Shown: positions 27,373 to 36,895, numbered from the stretch's first letter. The stretch is 64,000 nucleotides of DNA from Polyangiales bacterium (GCA_044229975.1 JBGARZ010000015.1:96001-160000), one strand, 5' to 3'. Numbers and translations are program-made. Notes: generated by a model from the sequence alone, not told the origin.

Positions 27373-29727
27373 CTAACGGTCGAGGCCGACGCCCGACCGG
27401 ATGAGTTGGAGCTGCTCTCGCACCACCGCGCGGAGGTTGCGCAGGTTGAAGGGCTTCTCGATGAGGGCGTTGGGGGCCTTGTCGAAGAACGACCTCGCCT
27501 TCGGCGTGAAGGTCCCGCCGGTCACGAAGATCATGCGCGCCTGCTGGTCGGGCGCCGAGCGGCCCACCTCGGCGTACAGCTCGATGCCCGTCATCTGCGG
27601 CATCATCACGTCGCACAGGATGACGTCGTAGCGCTCGCCCGCGCCGATGAGGGTGAGGGCCTCGCGCCCGCTCTCCACCACCGTCACCTCGTGCTCGCGC
27701 TCCAGCACCCGGCGCAGGGTGGTGCCCACGAGCGGGTCGTCGTCGACGACGAGGATGCGCCCCTCGCGGCGACTCTGATCCTTCGCCTGCGTGGGGACGA
27801 TCTTGGGCTCCACCTCGATGACGACGCCGGGCAGCGCGACGGTGAAGGTCGACCCGCGGCCCGGGTCGCTCTCGAAGGTGATCTGTCCGCCGAGGGCCGT
27901 CACGATGCCGTGGCAGATGGAGAGCCCGAGCCCCGCGCCGCGGCCCACCGGGCGCGTCGTATAGAACGGATCGAAGATGTGGTCGCGGTGCTCGGCCGCG
28001 ATGCCCGAGCCGCTGTCGTGCACCTCGACGAACACCTGCCCCGCGGCGTTGGTGCGCGTCACGAGGCGGATGGTGTGCCGGTCGGCGTGGCCCTCGGGGA
28101 TGGACTGCACGGCGTTGATGAGGAGGTTGATGAACACCTGCCCGAGGCGCGCCTCGTCGGCCTCCACCGCGGGCACCCACTGGTAGTCGCGCACGACGCG
28201 GGCGCGGTGCTTGAGCTCGTGGGCCACCATGCTCACCGAGAGGTCGAGCACGCTGTGCACGTCGAGGCGCACGCGCTGCTCCTCGTCGCCGCGCGCGAAG
28301 GTCTTGAGCCCGCGCACGATGCGCCGGACCTTCTCGGCCCCCTGCCGCCCCTCGCGGACGAGGTCTTCGAGGTCGCGCAGCCGGTCGGGCGGCAGCGAGC
28401 CCGAGAAGCCGCGCACCTCCTCGGCGATGAGGTCGAGGTTGGCCGTGACGTACGCCAGCGGGTTGTTGATCTCGTGCGCGACGCCGGAGGCCAGCGTGCC
28501 CACGGAGGCCATGCGGTCGTTGAGCAGGAGCTGCGACTGCACCTGCTTGCGCTCGGTGATGTCCGCCACCGAGCCGATGTACCCGAGCACGTTGCCCACG
28601 TCGTCGCGGAGGGTCACCGCGCTCCCGAGGATCCACACCGTGCGACCGTCGGCGGAGAGGTAGCGGTACTCGAGCGAGAACTCCTTGCCCAGGCGCTCGC
28701 ACTCGGCCCACGCCTCGATGACCGTCTGTCGATCGTCGGGGTGGATCACCATGTCCCACGGGCGGCCCACCATCTGTTCGAGGGTGTACCCGGTCATCTG
28801 GCACCACCGCTCGTTGACGAAGGTGTACGTGAACCCAGGGCCCGTCTCGAACATCCCGATGGGGATGTGCCGCGCGAGGGCCTGCGCCCGCCGCTCGCTC
28901 TCGCGCAGCGCCCGCTCGGTCGCCCGCTGCGTCGTGACGTCCTGCACCTGCGCGACGAAGTGCCGCGGCGCGCCGTCCCTCGTGTACGCCATCGACACCT
29001 GGACGGAGACCTCCACGATGCCGCCGTTTTTGTGGTGGTAGCGCTTGGAGCGCTCGTACCGGCGAATCTCCCCGGAGAGCACCCGCGCCATCCGCTCCAT
29101 GTCCCCGGCGACGTCGTCGGGGTGGGTGATGTCCCGGAAGGTCATCCCCAGCAGCTCGTCGTTGGTGTAGCCGACCATGTCGCAGAGGGCCTGGTTCACC
29201 TTGAGCCAACGGCCGTGCAGGTCGCACATCGCCATGCCGATGGCCGCGTGCTCGAAGGTGAGCCGAAACAGCTCCTCGGCGTCGCGCAGCTGGTCGGCCT
29301 GCGCGCGGCGGGCGGTGACGTCGCGGCCCAGCACCCCGACCGCCTCCCGCCCCTCGTAGCGCACCGGCACCACGATGTTGTCGAGGTAGACCACCGACCC
29401 GTCGACGCGCAGACAGCGGGTCTCCACCGGCCCCACCGCGGCGTTGGTCGCCTGCACGTGACCGATGCGCTCGATCACCTCGGCGTGGTCGTCGGGGTGG
29501 ATCACCTCCATGCTGCGCCGGCCCAGCAGCGGCCGCTCGGGCGAGTCACCCACCAGCGCGCTGAGCGCAGGGTTCACGTACACGAAGCGCCCCTCGACGA
29601 TCACCGCGCCCGGCTCGGAGCGTCGCTCCATGAGCTCACGAAAGGGCGCGTCGGTGTGCCCGGCGCCCCCGCTGTCCTTCGACCCCGCGGGCTCGTCGGC
29701 CCCTCCGTCGTTGCTGTGTGGGCTCAC
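27373..29727 (-). CDS. Hybrid sensor histidine kinase: three PAS/PAC + HisKA + HATPase + receiver
   Basis: Three (I/T)HPDD PAS motifs; AHEINNPL, NLLINA, DSGSG, FYTT, GAGLGL; receiver VVDDD...CDVMMP...KPF. Confidence 0.95.
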   Translation of the reverse strand: MSPHSNDGGADEPAGSKDSGGAGHTDAPFRELMERRSEPGAVIVEGRFVYVNPALSALVGDSPERPLLGRRSMEVIHPDDHAEVIERIGHVQATNAAVGPVETRCLRVDGSVVYLDNIVVPVRYEGREAVGVLGRDVTARRAQADQLRDAEELFRLTFEHAAIGMAMCDLHGRWLKVNQALCDMVGYTNDELLGMTFRDITHPDDVAGDMERMARVLSGEIRRYERSKRYHHKNGGIVEVSVQVSMAYTRDGAPRHFVAQVQDVTTQRATERALRESERRAQALARHIPIGMFETGPGFTYTFVNERWCQMTGYTLEQMVGRPWDMVIHPDDRQTVIEAWAECERLGKEFSLEYRYLSADGRTVWILGSAVTLRDDVGNVLGYIGSVADITERKQVQSQLLLNDRMASVGTLASGVAHEINNPLAYVTANLDLIAEEVRGFSGSLPPDRLRDLEDLVREGRQGAEKVRRIVRGLKTFARGDEEQRVRLDVHSVLDLSVSMVAHELKHRARVVRDYQWVPAVEADEARLGQVFINLLINAVQSIPEGHADRHTIRLVTRTNAAGQVFVEVHDSGSGIAAEHRDHIFDPFYTTRPVGRGAGLGLSICHGIVTALGGQITFESDPGRGSTFTVALPGVVIEVEPKIVPTQAKDQSRREGRILVVDDDPLVGTTLRRVLEREHEVTVVESGREALTLIGAGERYDVILCDVMMPQMTGIELYAEVGRSAPDQQARMIFVTGGTFTPKARSFFDKAPNALIEKPFNLRNLRAVVREQLQLIRSGVGLDR

Positions 29728-30003
29728 GCGACTCCTGCCGTTGCTTGTCGTTCGAAGACTCTCGACACCCTATGGCCCGCCGTCGGTCCTCGACCCGGTC
29801 GACGGAAGGCTCTCCGTACTCGTACCAGAAGCAGACCGCCGATGGTGGGCACTCGTACTGCCATCATCGGTCGCCGGGCGCATTCCCTTGAGCCCCCCGG
29901 TGAGTCAGCATCATTGACGCCGTGTCCATTATAGTGAAGGCTCCGTCACGTCCATCGAAGCGCTCCATCGGACGAGCGGCTCCAGACGTCCGAGGTCGTC
30001 ACC

Positions 30004-30432
30004 ATGTTCACCGATCGCCACGCCTTCGCCCTGCTGGGCGGCGCCCTCATCGGCGCGAGCGCCTCGCTGTTGCTGGTCTTCAACGGCCGCGTCGCGGGCA
30101 TCAGCAGCATCCTCGCCGGGGCCATGCACCCGCACGACCCCGACGCCCGCTGGCGGTGGACCTTCCTCGCCGGACTCCTGTTCGGCGCGCTGCTGTTGCG
30201 CACCTTCGCGTCCTCAGCGGTCTCCGCGCCGCACACGCCCATCGCGCTGGCGTTGTTGTCGGGGGTGCTGGTGGGTGTCGGCACCCGCATGAGCGGCGGC
30301 TGCACCAGCGGTCACGGCGTGTGCGGCATCAGCCGCGGGTCGACGCGCTCGGTCGCGGCGACGGTGACCTTCATGGCGACGGGCGCGCTGTCGACCTGGG
30401 TCGTCTATCACCTGCTCGGGGTGGCGCGATGA
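30004..30432 (+). CDS. YeeE/YedE family sulfur-compound transporter half (PmpA-like)
   Basis: GRVAGIS and GGCTSGHGVCG motifs. Confidence 0.92.
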   Translation: MFTDRHAFALLGGALIGASASLLLVFNGRVAGISSILAGAMHPHDPDARWRWTFLAGLLFGALLLRTFASSAVSAPHTPIALALLSGVLVGVGTRMSGGCTSGHGVCGISRGSTRSVAATVTFMATGALSTWVVYHLLGVAR

Positions 30433-30833
30433 AGCCGGGGCTGGTGGCCTTCGCGGCGGGCCTGCTCTTCGCCCTGGGTCTCGGGCTGTCGGGCATGACC
30501 AACCCCGACAACGTGCTGGCCTTCCTCGACGTGACGGGGCGGTGGGACCCGAGCCTCGCGCTGGTGATGGGCGGCGCCATCGGGGTGCACTTCTTCTTCG
30601 CGCAGCGGGCGCGTCGCGGCGGGGCGCCCGTCTACGCGCCGCGGTACTCGATGCTCCCGCCGCCGGTCATCGACCGGAAGCTCGTCGCGGGGGCGGCGAT
30701 CTTCGGGCTGGGCTGGGGCGTCGCGGGCTTCTGCCCGGGGCCGGGGCTGGTGTCGCTGGTGTCGCTGTCGCCCGCGACGCTGGCCTTCGTCGGCGCGATG
30801 GCCGCGACCATGGTCGTGTACGACCGGGTCTGA
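30429..30833 (+). CDS. YeeE/YedE family transporter half (PmpB-like)
   Basis: SGMTNP, FLDVTGRWDPSL, GWGVAGFCPGP; ATGA overlap. Confidence 0.9.
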   Translation: MKPGLVAFAAGLLFALGLGLSGMTNPDNVLAFLDVTGRWDPSLALVMGGAIGVHFFFAQRARRGGAPVYAPRYSMLPPPVIDRKLVAGAAIFGLGWGVAGFCPGPGLVSLVSLSPATLAFVGAMAATMVVYDRV

Positions 30834-30836
30834 CGG

Positions 30837-31247
30837 GTGCGCCTCGTCATCGACACCAACGTCATCGTCGCCGCGCTGCTCAACCCCGGTCGCACGCCCG
30901 ACCGCGCGCTCGCGGCGGTGCTCGCCCGCGGCGACACGATCCTGCACGACGCTCGCCTCGTGGAGGAGTACCGCGACGTCATGGCGCGCCCGAAGTTTCG
31001 CCGCGTCGACCCCGCTCGCACCGACGCCCTGCTCGCCTCGCTGCTCGGTCGCGGGGAAGACCTCGGCGTCGTCGCACCGTGGGCCGGCGCGCTGCTCGAC
31101 GCGGACGATCGGGCCTTCGTGGAGGTGGCGCTCGCGGGCCGCGCCGACGCCGTGGTCACCGGCAACACGCGGCACTACCCGACCGACCTCGCGTTCGAGG
31201 TGCTCTCGCCCGCCGAGCTGATCGCCCGCTTCGAGGCCGCCTACTGA
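30837..31247 (+). CDS. PIN-domain nuclease (putative TA toxin, PIN_3-like)
   Basis: VIDTNVIVAALL, EEY, DADDRAFVEVA, VVTGNTRHYP. Confidence 0.9.
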   Translation: MRLVIDTNVIVAALLNPGRTPDRALAAVLARGDTILHDARLVEEYRDVMARPKFRRVDPARTDALLASLLGRGEDLGVVAPWAGALLDADDRAFVEVALAGRADAVVTGNTRHYPTDLAFEVLSPAELIARFEAAY

Positions 31248-32002
31248 CCGTCGACGATGGCCCGCACGAAGGCGTCGTAGCCGTCCTTCATGGGCAGCTC
31301 GTCGAGGACCGTGAGCTGCGCGCGCGAGCGCAGCACCTCGGCGCCGGTGCGGGGGTCGACCCCGGTGCTCGGGACGTCCACCCAGCGCAGCCCGATGCCT
31401 CGCTTCTGCCACGCGGGGACGTCGTTGAAGTTGATGCCGTGTTGGAAGAGCAGCTCGTTGCGCGCGGCGACCGAGACGCCATTGAGCCGCTGCGTGGCGG
31501 CGTGGTCGTCGAGGCCCTGGCCGCGCAGCAACCAATAGCAGTGGCCGTTGAGGGCGTTGCGGTGGGCGTCCTCGTAGCGCCAGCGGAAGTAGTCCACCAC
31601 GTCGTCGGTGGTGGGGAGCTGCGAGATGCGGCAGTCGAAGGCCGCGACGGAGCCCAGGCGCACCGAAAACGCCGCGCTCGCTTCGCCCGCGAGCACCGAG
31701 AGCAGCTTGCGGAGCTTGCGCCCGAAGAGGGCGTCGTCGCGCCGCAGCAGCACCGACATCTCGTCGCTCTGGGTGTAGCCGTAGAGCGCGCCGAAGCCGC
31801 AGCCCATGACGTGCTGTAGCGTCGCCACCATGTGGTCGCGGAAGCGCTCGTCGTAGGGCGCGTCGAACTTCTGGGCGACGCGCGTGAGGTGCGAAAACGA
31901 TCGCCCGTCGATGCGCGCGACCATGTGCACGCCGGGCAGCACGCAGTGGTCGTGGGCGGTCTCGTAGACGCGCATCCGTCGATCGAGCTGCTCGAACTTC
32001 AT
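31241..32002 (-). CDS. thg1: tRNA(His) guanylyltransferase / Thg1-like 3'-5' polymerase
   Basis: VARIDGRSF, YTQSDEMS, FDCR, YFRWRYEDAHRN, GINFNDVPAWQKRG. Confidence 0.93.
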   Translation of the reverse strand: MKFEQLDRRMRVYETAHDHCVLPGVHMVARIDGRSFSHLTRVAQKFDAPYDERFRDHMVATLQHVMGCGFGALYGYTQSDEMSVLLRRDDALFGRKLRKLLSVLAGEASAAFSVRLGSVAAFDCRISQLPTTDDVVDYFRWRYEDAHRNALNGHCYWLLRGQGLDDHAATQRLNGVSVAARNELLFQHGINFNDVPAWQKRGIGLRWVDVPSTGVDPRTGAEVLRSRAQLTVLDELPMKDGYDAFVRAIVDGQ

Positions 32003-32017
32003 CGTACGTAGTTCCCC

Positions 32018-32428
32018 TCAGCGGTCGCAGAGACCCGACGTGACCAGCGACTCGGGCGGCGCTCCATCGGCGCCCATCCGACACGCGGGCGCGGCGATGT
32101 CCCGGGCCTCGTCCCGATCGCCACGCGCGGCCAGCATCGTGGCCAGCGACGATCGCACCCTCAGCTCCCAGCGGCGGTCGTTGGCGCTCGCGGTGGGGCC
32201 CGTGATGACCCCGAGCGCCATCCGCAGGTGACGCTCGGTGTTGGCGCGGTCGCCCGCCTGGCTCTCCCGCGCGGCCTGCTGGAAGAGCCCTTGCGCCGAC
32301 AGCGGACCGCCCCCGCCTTCGCCGCCGGGCAGCGGCGAGCGGGTCATCGCGTACACGACCCCGATCATCAGCGGCGTCCCGATGAGGATCGCCCAGATCG
32401 TTCGGTGACCGCGGTGCCTCAGCTCCAT
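32018..32428 (-). CDS. Hypothetical membrane-anchored helical protein
   Basis: One N-terminal TM helix, TPR-like helices; ends 15 bp before thg1. Confidence 0.55.
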   Translation of the reverse strand: MELRHRGHRTIWAILIGTPLMIGVVYAMTRSPLPGGEGGGGPLSAQGLFQQAARESQAGDRANTERHLRMALGVITGPTASANDRRWELRVRSSLATMLAARGDRDEARDIAAPACRMGADGAPPESLVTSGLCDR

Positions 32429-32465
32429 CGCGCCACGATACGGGGTGCGCCCGCGGACGCAACCG

Positions 32466-33689
32466 TCACGCGCGCGGCACCGGCTGGCGGATGGGGGTCA
32501 TCGCCCCGACGACCATCAAGGCCACGAGCGCCGCGCCCAGCGACGGGAGCACCGCCCGCACGCCGTAGCGCTCCGCGAGCCGCGCCGTGAACTCTGCGCC
32601 CGCTGCCGCGGGCACCGTGAGCATCGCCCAGAACGACGCCGTCACCCGCCCAAGGAGTCGGTCGGGGGTGATCTCCTGGCGCACGGTCATGGTGTTGATG
32701 CCGCGCACCGTTTCACCGAAGGCGACCGCCATCGCGAGACCCGCCACGAGCGCGAGGCTGCCCGCTGCGCCGAAGCCCATGAGCCCGGCGCCCATCACCA
32801 CGCCCGCGCCCAGCCAGCACGCGCCGAATCCCCAGCGTTCGCGCATCTTCGGCGTGGCCCACGCGCCCAGCACCGCGCCGAGCGCGGCCAGCGCGAACAC
32901 CCGCCCCACCGCGCGGTCGTCGCCGTGGAGCGAGCGCTTCACGTGGAAGATGAGGAGGTTTTCCCGCCCCGCCATCAAGAACGCGCTCAGCCCCAGCAGC
33001 ACCGTCACGGCCCGCAGCGTGGGCACTCCCCACACGAAGCGGACGCCCTCGACGAAGCCGCCGACGAGGCTCGTGCGCTCGCGCTCTCCCCCGGTGGAGA
33101 AGCGCGCCCGGACGAAGGCGAGCGACGCGGCCGACACGAGAAAGGACGCGCAGTCGATGGCGATGGCGGTGGTGGGTCCGAAGCGCTGGCACACCTCGCC
33201 CGCGAGCATCGGCCCGACGAAGAACATCACGGCGTAGGAGCCGTGCAGGCGCCCGTTGGCCGCGATGAGCTGCGAGCGCGGGACGAGGTTGGCGACGGCG
33301 GTGATGGTCGCGACCTGGAAGGTGTTGCCGAGCAGCGCGCCGACGGAGCCCGCGACCACGAGCAGCGTGTAGCTGGGGCCGTGGAGCCACCACACGATGG
33401 GAACCGCGGAGTAGACGGCCCAGCGGCCGAGGTCGCAGGCGATCATGAGGCGACGGCGGTCGACGCGGTCGACGAGGGCGCCCGAGGCGAGGCCCGCGAC
33501 GACGTGGGCGACGGACACGAGCGCCGTGAGCCGACCCATGTGGTGGAGCGATCCGGTGGACTGCAACACCAGCAGCGGCAGGGCGATGGAGGCGAAGGCG
33601 TCGCCGAGCCCGGAGAGGGTCTGGCCGAGCCAGTAGATGTTGAAGTCGCGGTCGCGCCAGAGGGAGGGCGGCGCGGCGGTGGAGGTCAT
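32466..33689 (-). CDS. MFS transporter (MFS_3/EntS-like)
   Basis: About 12 TM helices; GALVDRVDRRRLMI motif A; QEITPDRLLGRV. Confidence 0.92.
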   Translation of the reverse strand: MTSTAAPPSLWRDRDFNIYWLGQTLSGLGDAFASIALPLLVLQSTGSLHHMGRLTALVSVAHVVAGLASGALVDRVDRRRLMIACDLGRWAVYSAVPIVWWLHGPSYTLLVVAGSVGALLGNTFQVATITAVANLVPRSQLIAANGRLHGSYAVMFFVGPMLAGEVCQRFGPTTAIAIDCASFLVSAASLAFVRARFSTGGERERTSLVGGFVEGVRFVWGVPTLRAVTVLLGLSAFLMAGRENLLIFHVKRSLHGDDRAVGRVFALAALGAVLGAWATPKMRERWGFGACWLGAGVVMGAGLMGFGAAGSLALVAGLAMAVAFGETVRGINTMTVRQEITPDRLLGRVTASFWAMLTVPAAAGAEFTARLAERYGVRAVLPSLGAALVALMVVGAMTPIRQPVPRA

Positions 33690-33741
33690 GACGGGGGCGG
33701 AGTGATGTCACTCCGAGGGGGCGGACGCCAGCGGTCGCGCG

Positions 33742-34614
33742 TCACGGGGCGTCGAAGCACACCTCGAAGCGGCTGACGATGAGCGCGCCCGACGGCGGAC
33801 CCGGGGTGATGCGCAGGAGGAGCGATCCGTTGCCGGGGTCGAAGGCGGCGGTCGCGTCGGCGCGGTACCAGCGATAGGGGGCGCTGTTGGCGACGAGGCC
33901 CGACGGCGCGGCGCCGGTTCCGGCGAAGGTCTGCCACGCGAACGATCCGCTGGCGCCGGTGTTGAAGCTGCGGCCGTAGAGGGCGAGCGTGACGCCCGCG
34001 ATGCGGCTGAGTCCGACGGTGCTGAGCTCGACGTCGATGAAGGCGGTGGTGGCGAGTTCGAGGCCGCCTTCGCCAAGGAAGGGGTCGCTGAAGACGGGCG
34101 TGTACCCGATGGAGCGGCTGTTGGCGGTCACACGCCAGCGCGACCGGTCGGGCAGGGTGTTGGCCTCGTAGGACACCGAGGCGCGGGAGCCGGAGGTCGA
34201 GCCGGTCCAGCGGAAGCGGGCGACGTGGGTGCCGACCGCGCCGGAGACGCAGCCGCCCGTCGCGGGCACGTCGACCGCCGGGCGCACGTCGACCGCTGGA
34301 GGCACATCGACCATGGGAGGCGCGTCGACGACTGGAGGCAGATCGATCGCAACGGGGACATCGCGAACGTCGGAAGAGGTGACATCGCGAACGTCGGCAG
34401 CAATGGCGACGTCGCGTGCGTCGGGAGTCGCAACGCCTGCGTCGAGGCGGGCGTCGGAGGCCGGGACATCGAATGAAGGTGCGTCGTCCATGGCGACGTC
34501 GTCGAGGCCCGCGTCGAGCTCACACGGGGTGTCGTCGCAGGGGTCGCCGGGGATCTGTTCGCTGCACGAGGCGAGGAGCAGCGCGAGGGCGATCGCGCGG
34601 AGGCCGACGCTCAA
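33742..34614 (-). CDS. Lipoprotein with D/V/P-rich linker and beta-rich C-domain
   Basis: TTG 34614 overlaps the symporter stop; lipobox LASC; PxVDV repeats. Confidence 0.7.
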   Translation of the reverse strand: MSVGLRAIALALLLASCSEQIPGDPCDDTPCELDAGLDDVAMDDAPSFDVPASDARLDAGVATPDARDVAIAADVRDVTSSDVRDVPVAIDLPPVVDAPPMVDVPPAVDVRPAVDVPATGGCVSGAVGTHVARFRWTGSTSGSRASVSYEANTLPDRSRWRVTANSRSIGYTPVFSDPFLGEGGLELATTAFIDVELSTVGLSRIAGVTLALYGRSFNTGASGSFAWQTFAGTGAAPSGLVANSAPYRWYRADATAAFDPGNGSLLLRITPGPPSGALIVSRFEVCFDAP

Positions 34615-35495
34615 GGGGTCGCACTCTCCGGAGCGGCGGCGCGGCGGCTCACCAGCGCACCGAACGCAGCCGCCGTGAAGAACATGATGAGCGAGTAGAT
34701 GGCCGGCGGAATCGCCATGGTGGAGTTGTTGAGCAGCGTCGGGCCGCTGGCGATGGCGATGGCGAGGGTTCCGTTGTGGATGCCGATCTCCATGCCGATG
34801 GCGATGGCCTGGCGCTCGGGCAGGCGGGCGACGCGCGGGACGAAGTAGCCCACCGCGAGGCTCGCCAGGTTGAAGGCCAGCGCCGCCACGCCCACCTGAC
34901 GGAAGTAGTCCCCGATGTGGGCGCGCTCCTTCAGGACGGTTCCTGCGATGACCAGCAGCAGGACGAGCGCCGACACCGCGCGCACGGGCTTGTCGAGGCG
35001 CGTGGCGAGGCCCGGGCTGATCGCCCGGATGGTCATGCCGATGGCGACCGGCGTGAGCACGATGGCGAACACCTGCATCACCTTGGAGAACTGGAGCGGG
35101 ATGACCTGCCCGTGGCCCATGAAGGCTTCGAGCGACAGGTTGACGATGAGCGGCAGCGTCAGGAGCGACAGGATGCTGTTGACCGCCGTGAGCGTGATGT
35201 TGAGCGCGACGTCGCCCCGCGCGAGGTGGCTGTACAGGTTGGCCGTGGCGCCGCCCGGTGAGGCCGACAGGAGCATGAGCCCCACCGCGAGCTCGGGCGG
35301 CAGTCCGAACACCTTGGCGATGCCGAAGCAGACCAACGGTAACAGGAGCATCTGGCAGGCGAGCCCGACGAAGACCGCGCGGGGGTAGACCACCACGCGA
35401 CGGAAGTCCGCCGGGGTGAGGCCCAGGCCGAGGCCGAGCATGACGATGCCCAGCGCGACGGGCAGCAGGGTGGTGGTCAGGGGCGATGATCCCAT
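34611..35495 (-). CDS. Bile acid:sodium symporter (BASS) family
   Basis: MLGLGL, SPGGATAN, GDVALNITLT, EIGIHNGTLA. Confidence 0.93.
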   Translation of the reverse strand: MGSSPLTTTLLPVALGIVMLGLGLGLTPADFRRVVVYPRAVFVGLACQMLLLPLVCFGIAKVFGLPPELAVGLMLLSASPGGATANLYSHLARGDVALNITLTAVNSILSLLTLPLIVNLSLEAFMGHGQVIPLQFSKVMQVFAIVLTPVAIGMTIRAISPGLATRLDKPVRAVSALVLLLVIAGTVLKERAHIGDYFRQVGVAALAFNLASLAVGYFVPRVARLPERQAIAIGMEIGIHNGTLAIAIASGPTLLNNSTMAIPPAIYSLIMFFTAAAFGALVSRRAAAPESATP

Positions 35496-35525
35496 GGCGG
35501 GTACAGATCCTCCGCCGCGGACGCT

Positions 35526-35670
35526 GTCGCAGGAGTTCTGACGGGTTGAAGAAGCCGCAAGGGCGCAAGGGTCGCAAGGACAAGATGAGATGAGGGTGAG
35601 TCGCCTGAGTCGTCCTCCCTTGCGACCCTTGCGCCCTTGCTTCTTCCTTCCCCGTCAGAACTCCTGCGAC
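35526..35670. repeat. Palindromic REP/REPIN-like element, family A, copy with extended arms
   Basis: Core arms 35554-35579 and 35618-35640, plus a perfect 20-bp outer inverted repeat GTCGCAGGAGTTCTGACGGG (35526-35545) / CCCGTCAGAACTCCTGCGAC (35651-35670). Confidence 0.9.
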
Positions 35671-35701
35671 GAGGCTTCAGCCCACAGGGGACTTGAAGGG
35701 T

Positions 35702-36850
35702 TCAGGCGGCGACGTCGGGAGCCGCCTCCTGGCGGGCCTTCGCCAACGGTCGGTAGACCCGACCCAGCTTCTCTCTCGCGCGCTCGGTCGTGAACATCCA
35801 GCGGATGCGTGCGCCCGCCGCGTTGCGCCCTCGCTCCCAGGCTGCGATCTCCCGGATCAAGCTCTCGCGGTCGGCGATGCGGCGGTCCAAGCACTGTCGC
35901 TTGAGCACGCCGATCTCGATCTCCACCATGTTCAACCAGCTCGCGTGCTTGGGCACGTAGTGGATCTCCAACTTGCGCAGCAGACGACGAGCCTCCGCGG
36001 GTTCGAAGGTGTCGTAGAGCGCGGCCGCGCTGTGCGTCGAGAGGTTGTCCATCACCACGCGAATGCGCTCCGCGTCGGGGTAGTGCTCATCCACCAGCGA
36101 CCTCATCTGGTGAGCGAACTGGCGCGAGGCGCGCTGCTCGGTCACGTCGACGTGACGCCACCCGCGGTGGACGTCGAGCACTACGAACAGGTTCGCCGTG
36201 CCATGGCGCTGGTACTCGTAGTCGACGCGGGCGGGCGCGCCGGGCGCCACGGGTTGCGGCTCGCGAACCTCGCCGATCAACTGCGTGGGGCTCTCGTCGA
36301 AGCAGAGCACCGGGCGCTTGGGGTCGGCCGGCTCTGCGTACAGATCGAGCACGTCCTCCATCCGCGCGACGTACTCGCTGTTGAGGGTGGGGACGCACCA
36401 CATCTTCTGCTGCCACGGCTTGAGCTCGTTGTCCGCGAGCCGCCGTCGCACGGTCTCGTCGCTCACGCGCTCGTGATCCGTCAGCGCGACCATCCGATCA
36501 GCCAGCAGGTCCAGGGTCCACCGCGCGCGTCCCTCCGGCGGTGCGCTGCACGCCGTGGCGATGAGGAGCGCCTCCTCCTTGCCCGAGAGCTTGCGAGTGC
36601 CGCCCGGCCGTGGGGCGTCGTGCAGGGCGGCCTCCAAGCCCTCTTCGACGAAGCACCGCTTGGTGCGGTAGATCGTGGCGGGGCTGGTTCCGACCGCCTT
36701 GGCGATCTGCGCCTCGTCCTGCGCGGCGGCCGCCGCGAGCAGGATCTGGGCGCGTTTGACCTCGCGAACCTTGGTGCGTCCGCGCGCCACGAGGGCTTCC
36801 AGGCGGGCGCGCTCGGGCTCGCTCAGGGTGACGCGATACCGTACGTTCAT
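35702..36850 (-). CDS. IS630 family transposase
   Basis: MNVRYRVTLSEPER, HTH region, DDE triad CFDES / VMDNLSTH / SWLNMVEIE; uninterrupted single frame. Confidence 0.95.
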   Translation of the reverse strand: MNVRYRVTLSEPERARLEALVARGRTKVREVKRAQILLAAAAAQDEAQIAKAVGTSPATIYRTKRCFVEEGLEAALHDAPRPGGTRKLSGKEEALLIATACSAPPEGRARWTLDLLADRMVALTDHERVSDETVRRRLADNELKPWQQKMWCVPTLNSEYVARMEDVLDLYAEPADPKRPVLCFDESPTQLIGEVREPQPVAPGAPARVDYEYQRHGTANLFVVLDVHRGWRHVDVTEQRASRQFAHQMRSLVDEHYPDAERIRVVMDNLSTHSAAALYDTFEPAEARRLLRKLEIHYVPKHASWLNMVEIEIGVLKRQCLDRRIADRESLIREIAAWERGRNAAGARIRWMFTTERAREKLGRVYRPLAKARQEAAPDVAA

Positions 36851-36860
36851 CGGGCGAATC

Positions 36861-36879
36861 CTCCGTGCTGGGCACGGAG
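36861..36879. promoter_or_regulatory. Perfect 8-bp inverted repeat between the divergent IS genes
   Basis: CTCCGTGC-TGG-GCACGGAG; overlaps the minus-strand GGAGGA RBS of the transposase. Confidence 0.5.
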
Positions 36880-36895
36880 CTCTCGCCGGAGGATG

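Noticed and set aside
26671..29934. Very long alternative ORFs (26671..29934 +, 16724..19372 +, 42309..44609 +, most of 11903..14653 - and 47280..50489 -)
   Set aside because: Antisense or off-frame shadows of well-supported genes; stop codons are scarce at this GC content and the translations lack motifs.
29914..29935. TTGACG...TATAGT as a sigma70 promoter for the YeeE operon
   Set aside because: The spacer is only 10 bp.
10114..35670. Family A repeats as a CRISPR array
   Set aside because: Copies are inverted pairs dispersed over kilobases, not direct repeats with regular spacers, and no cas genes are present.
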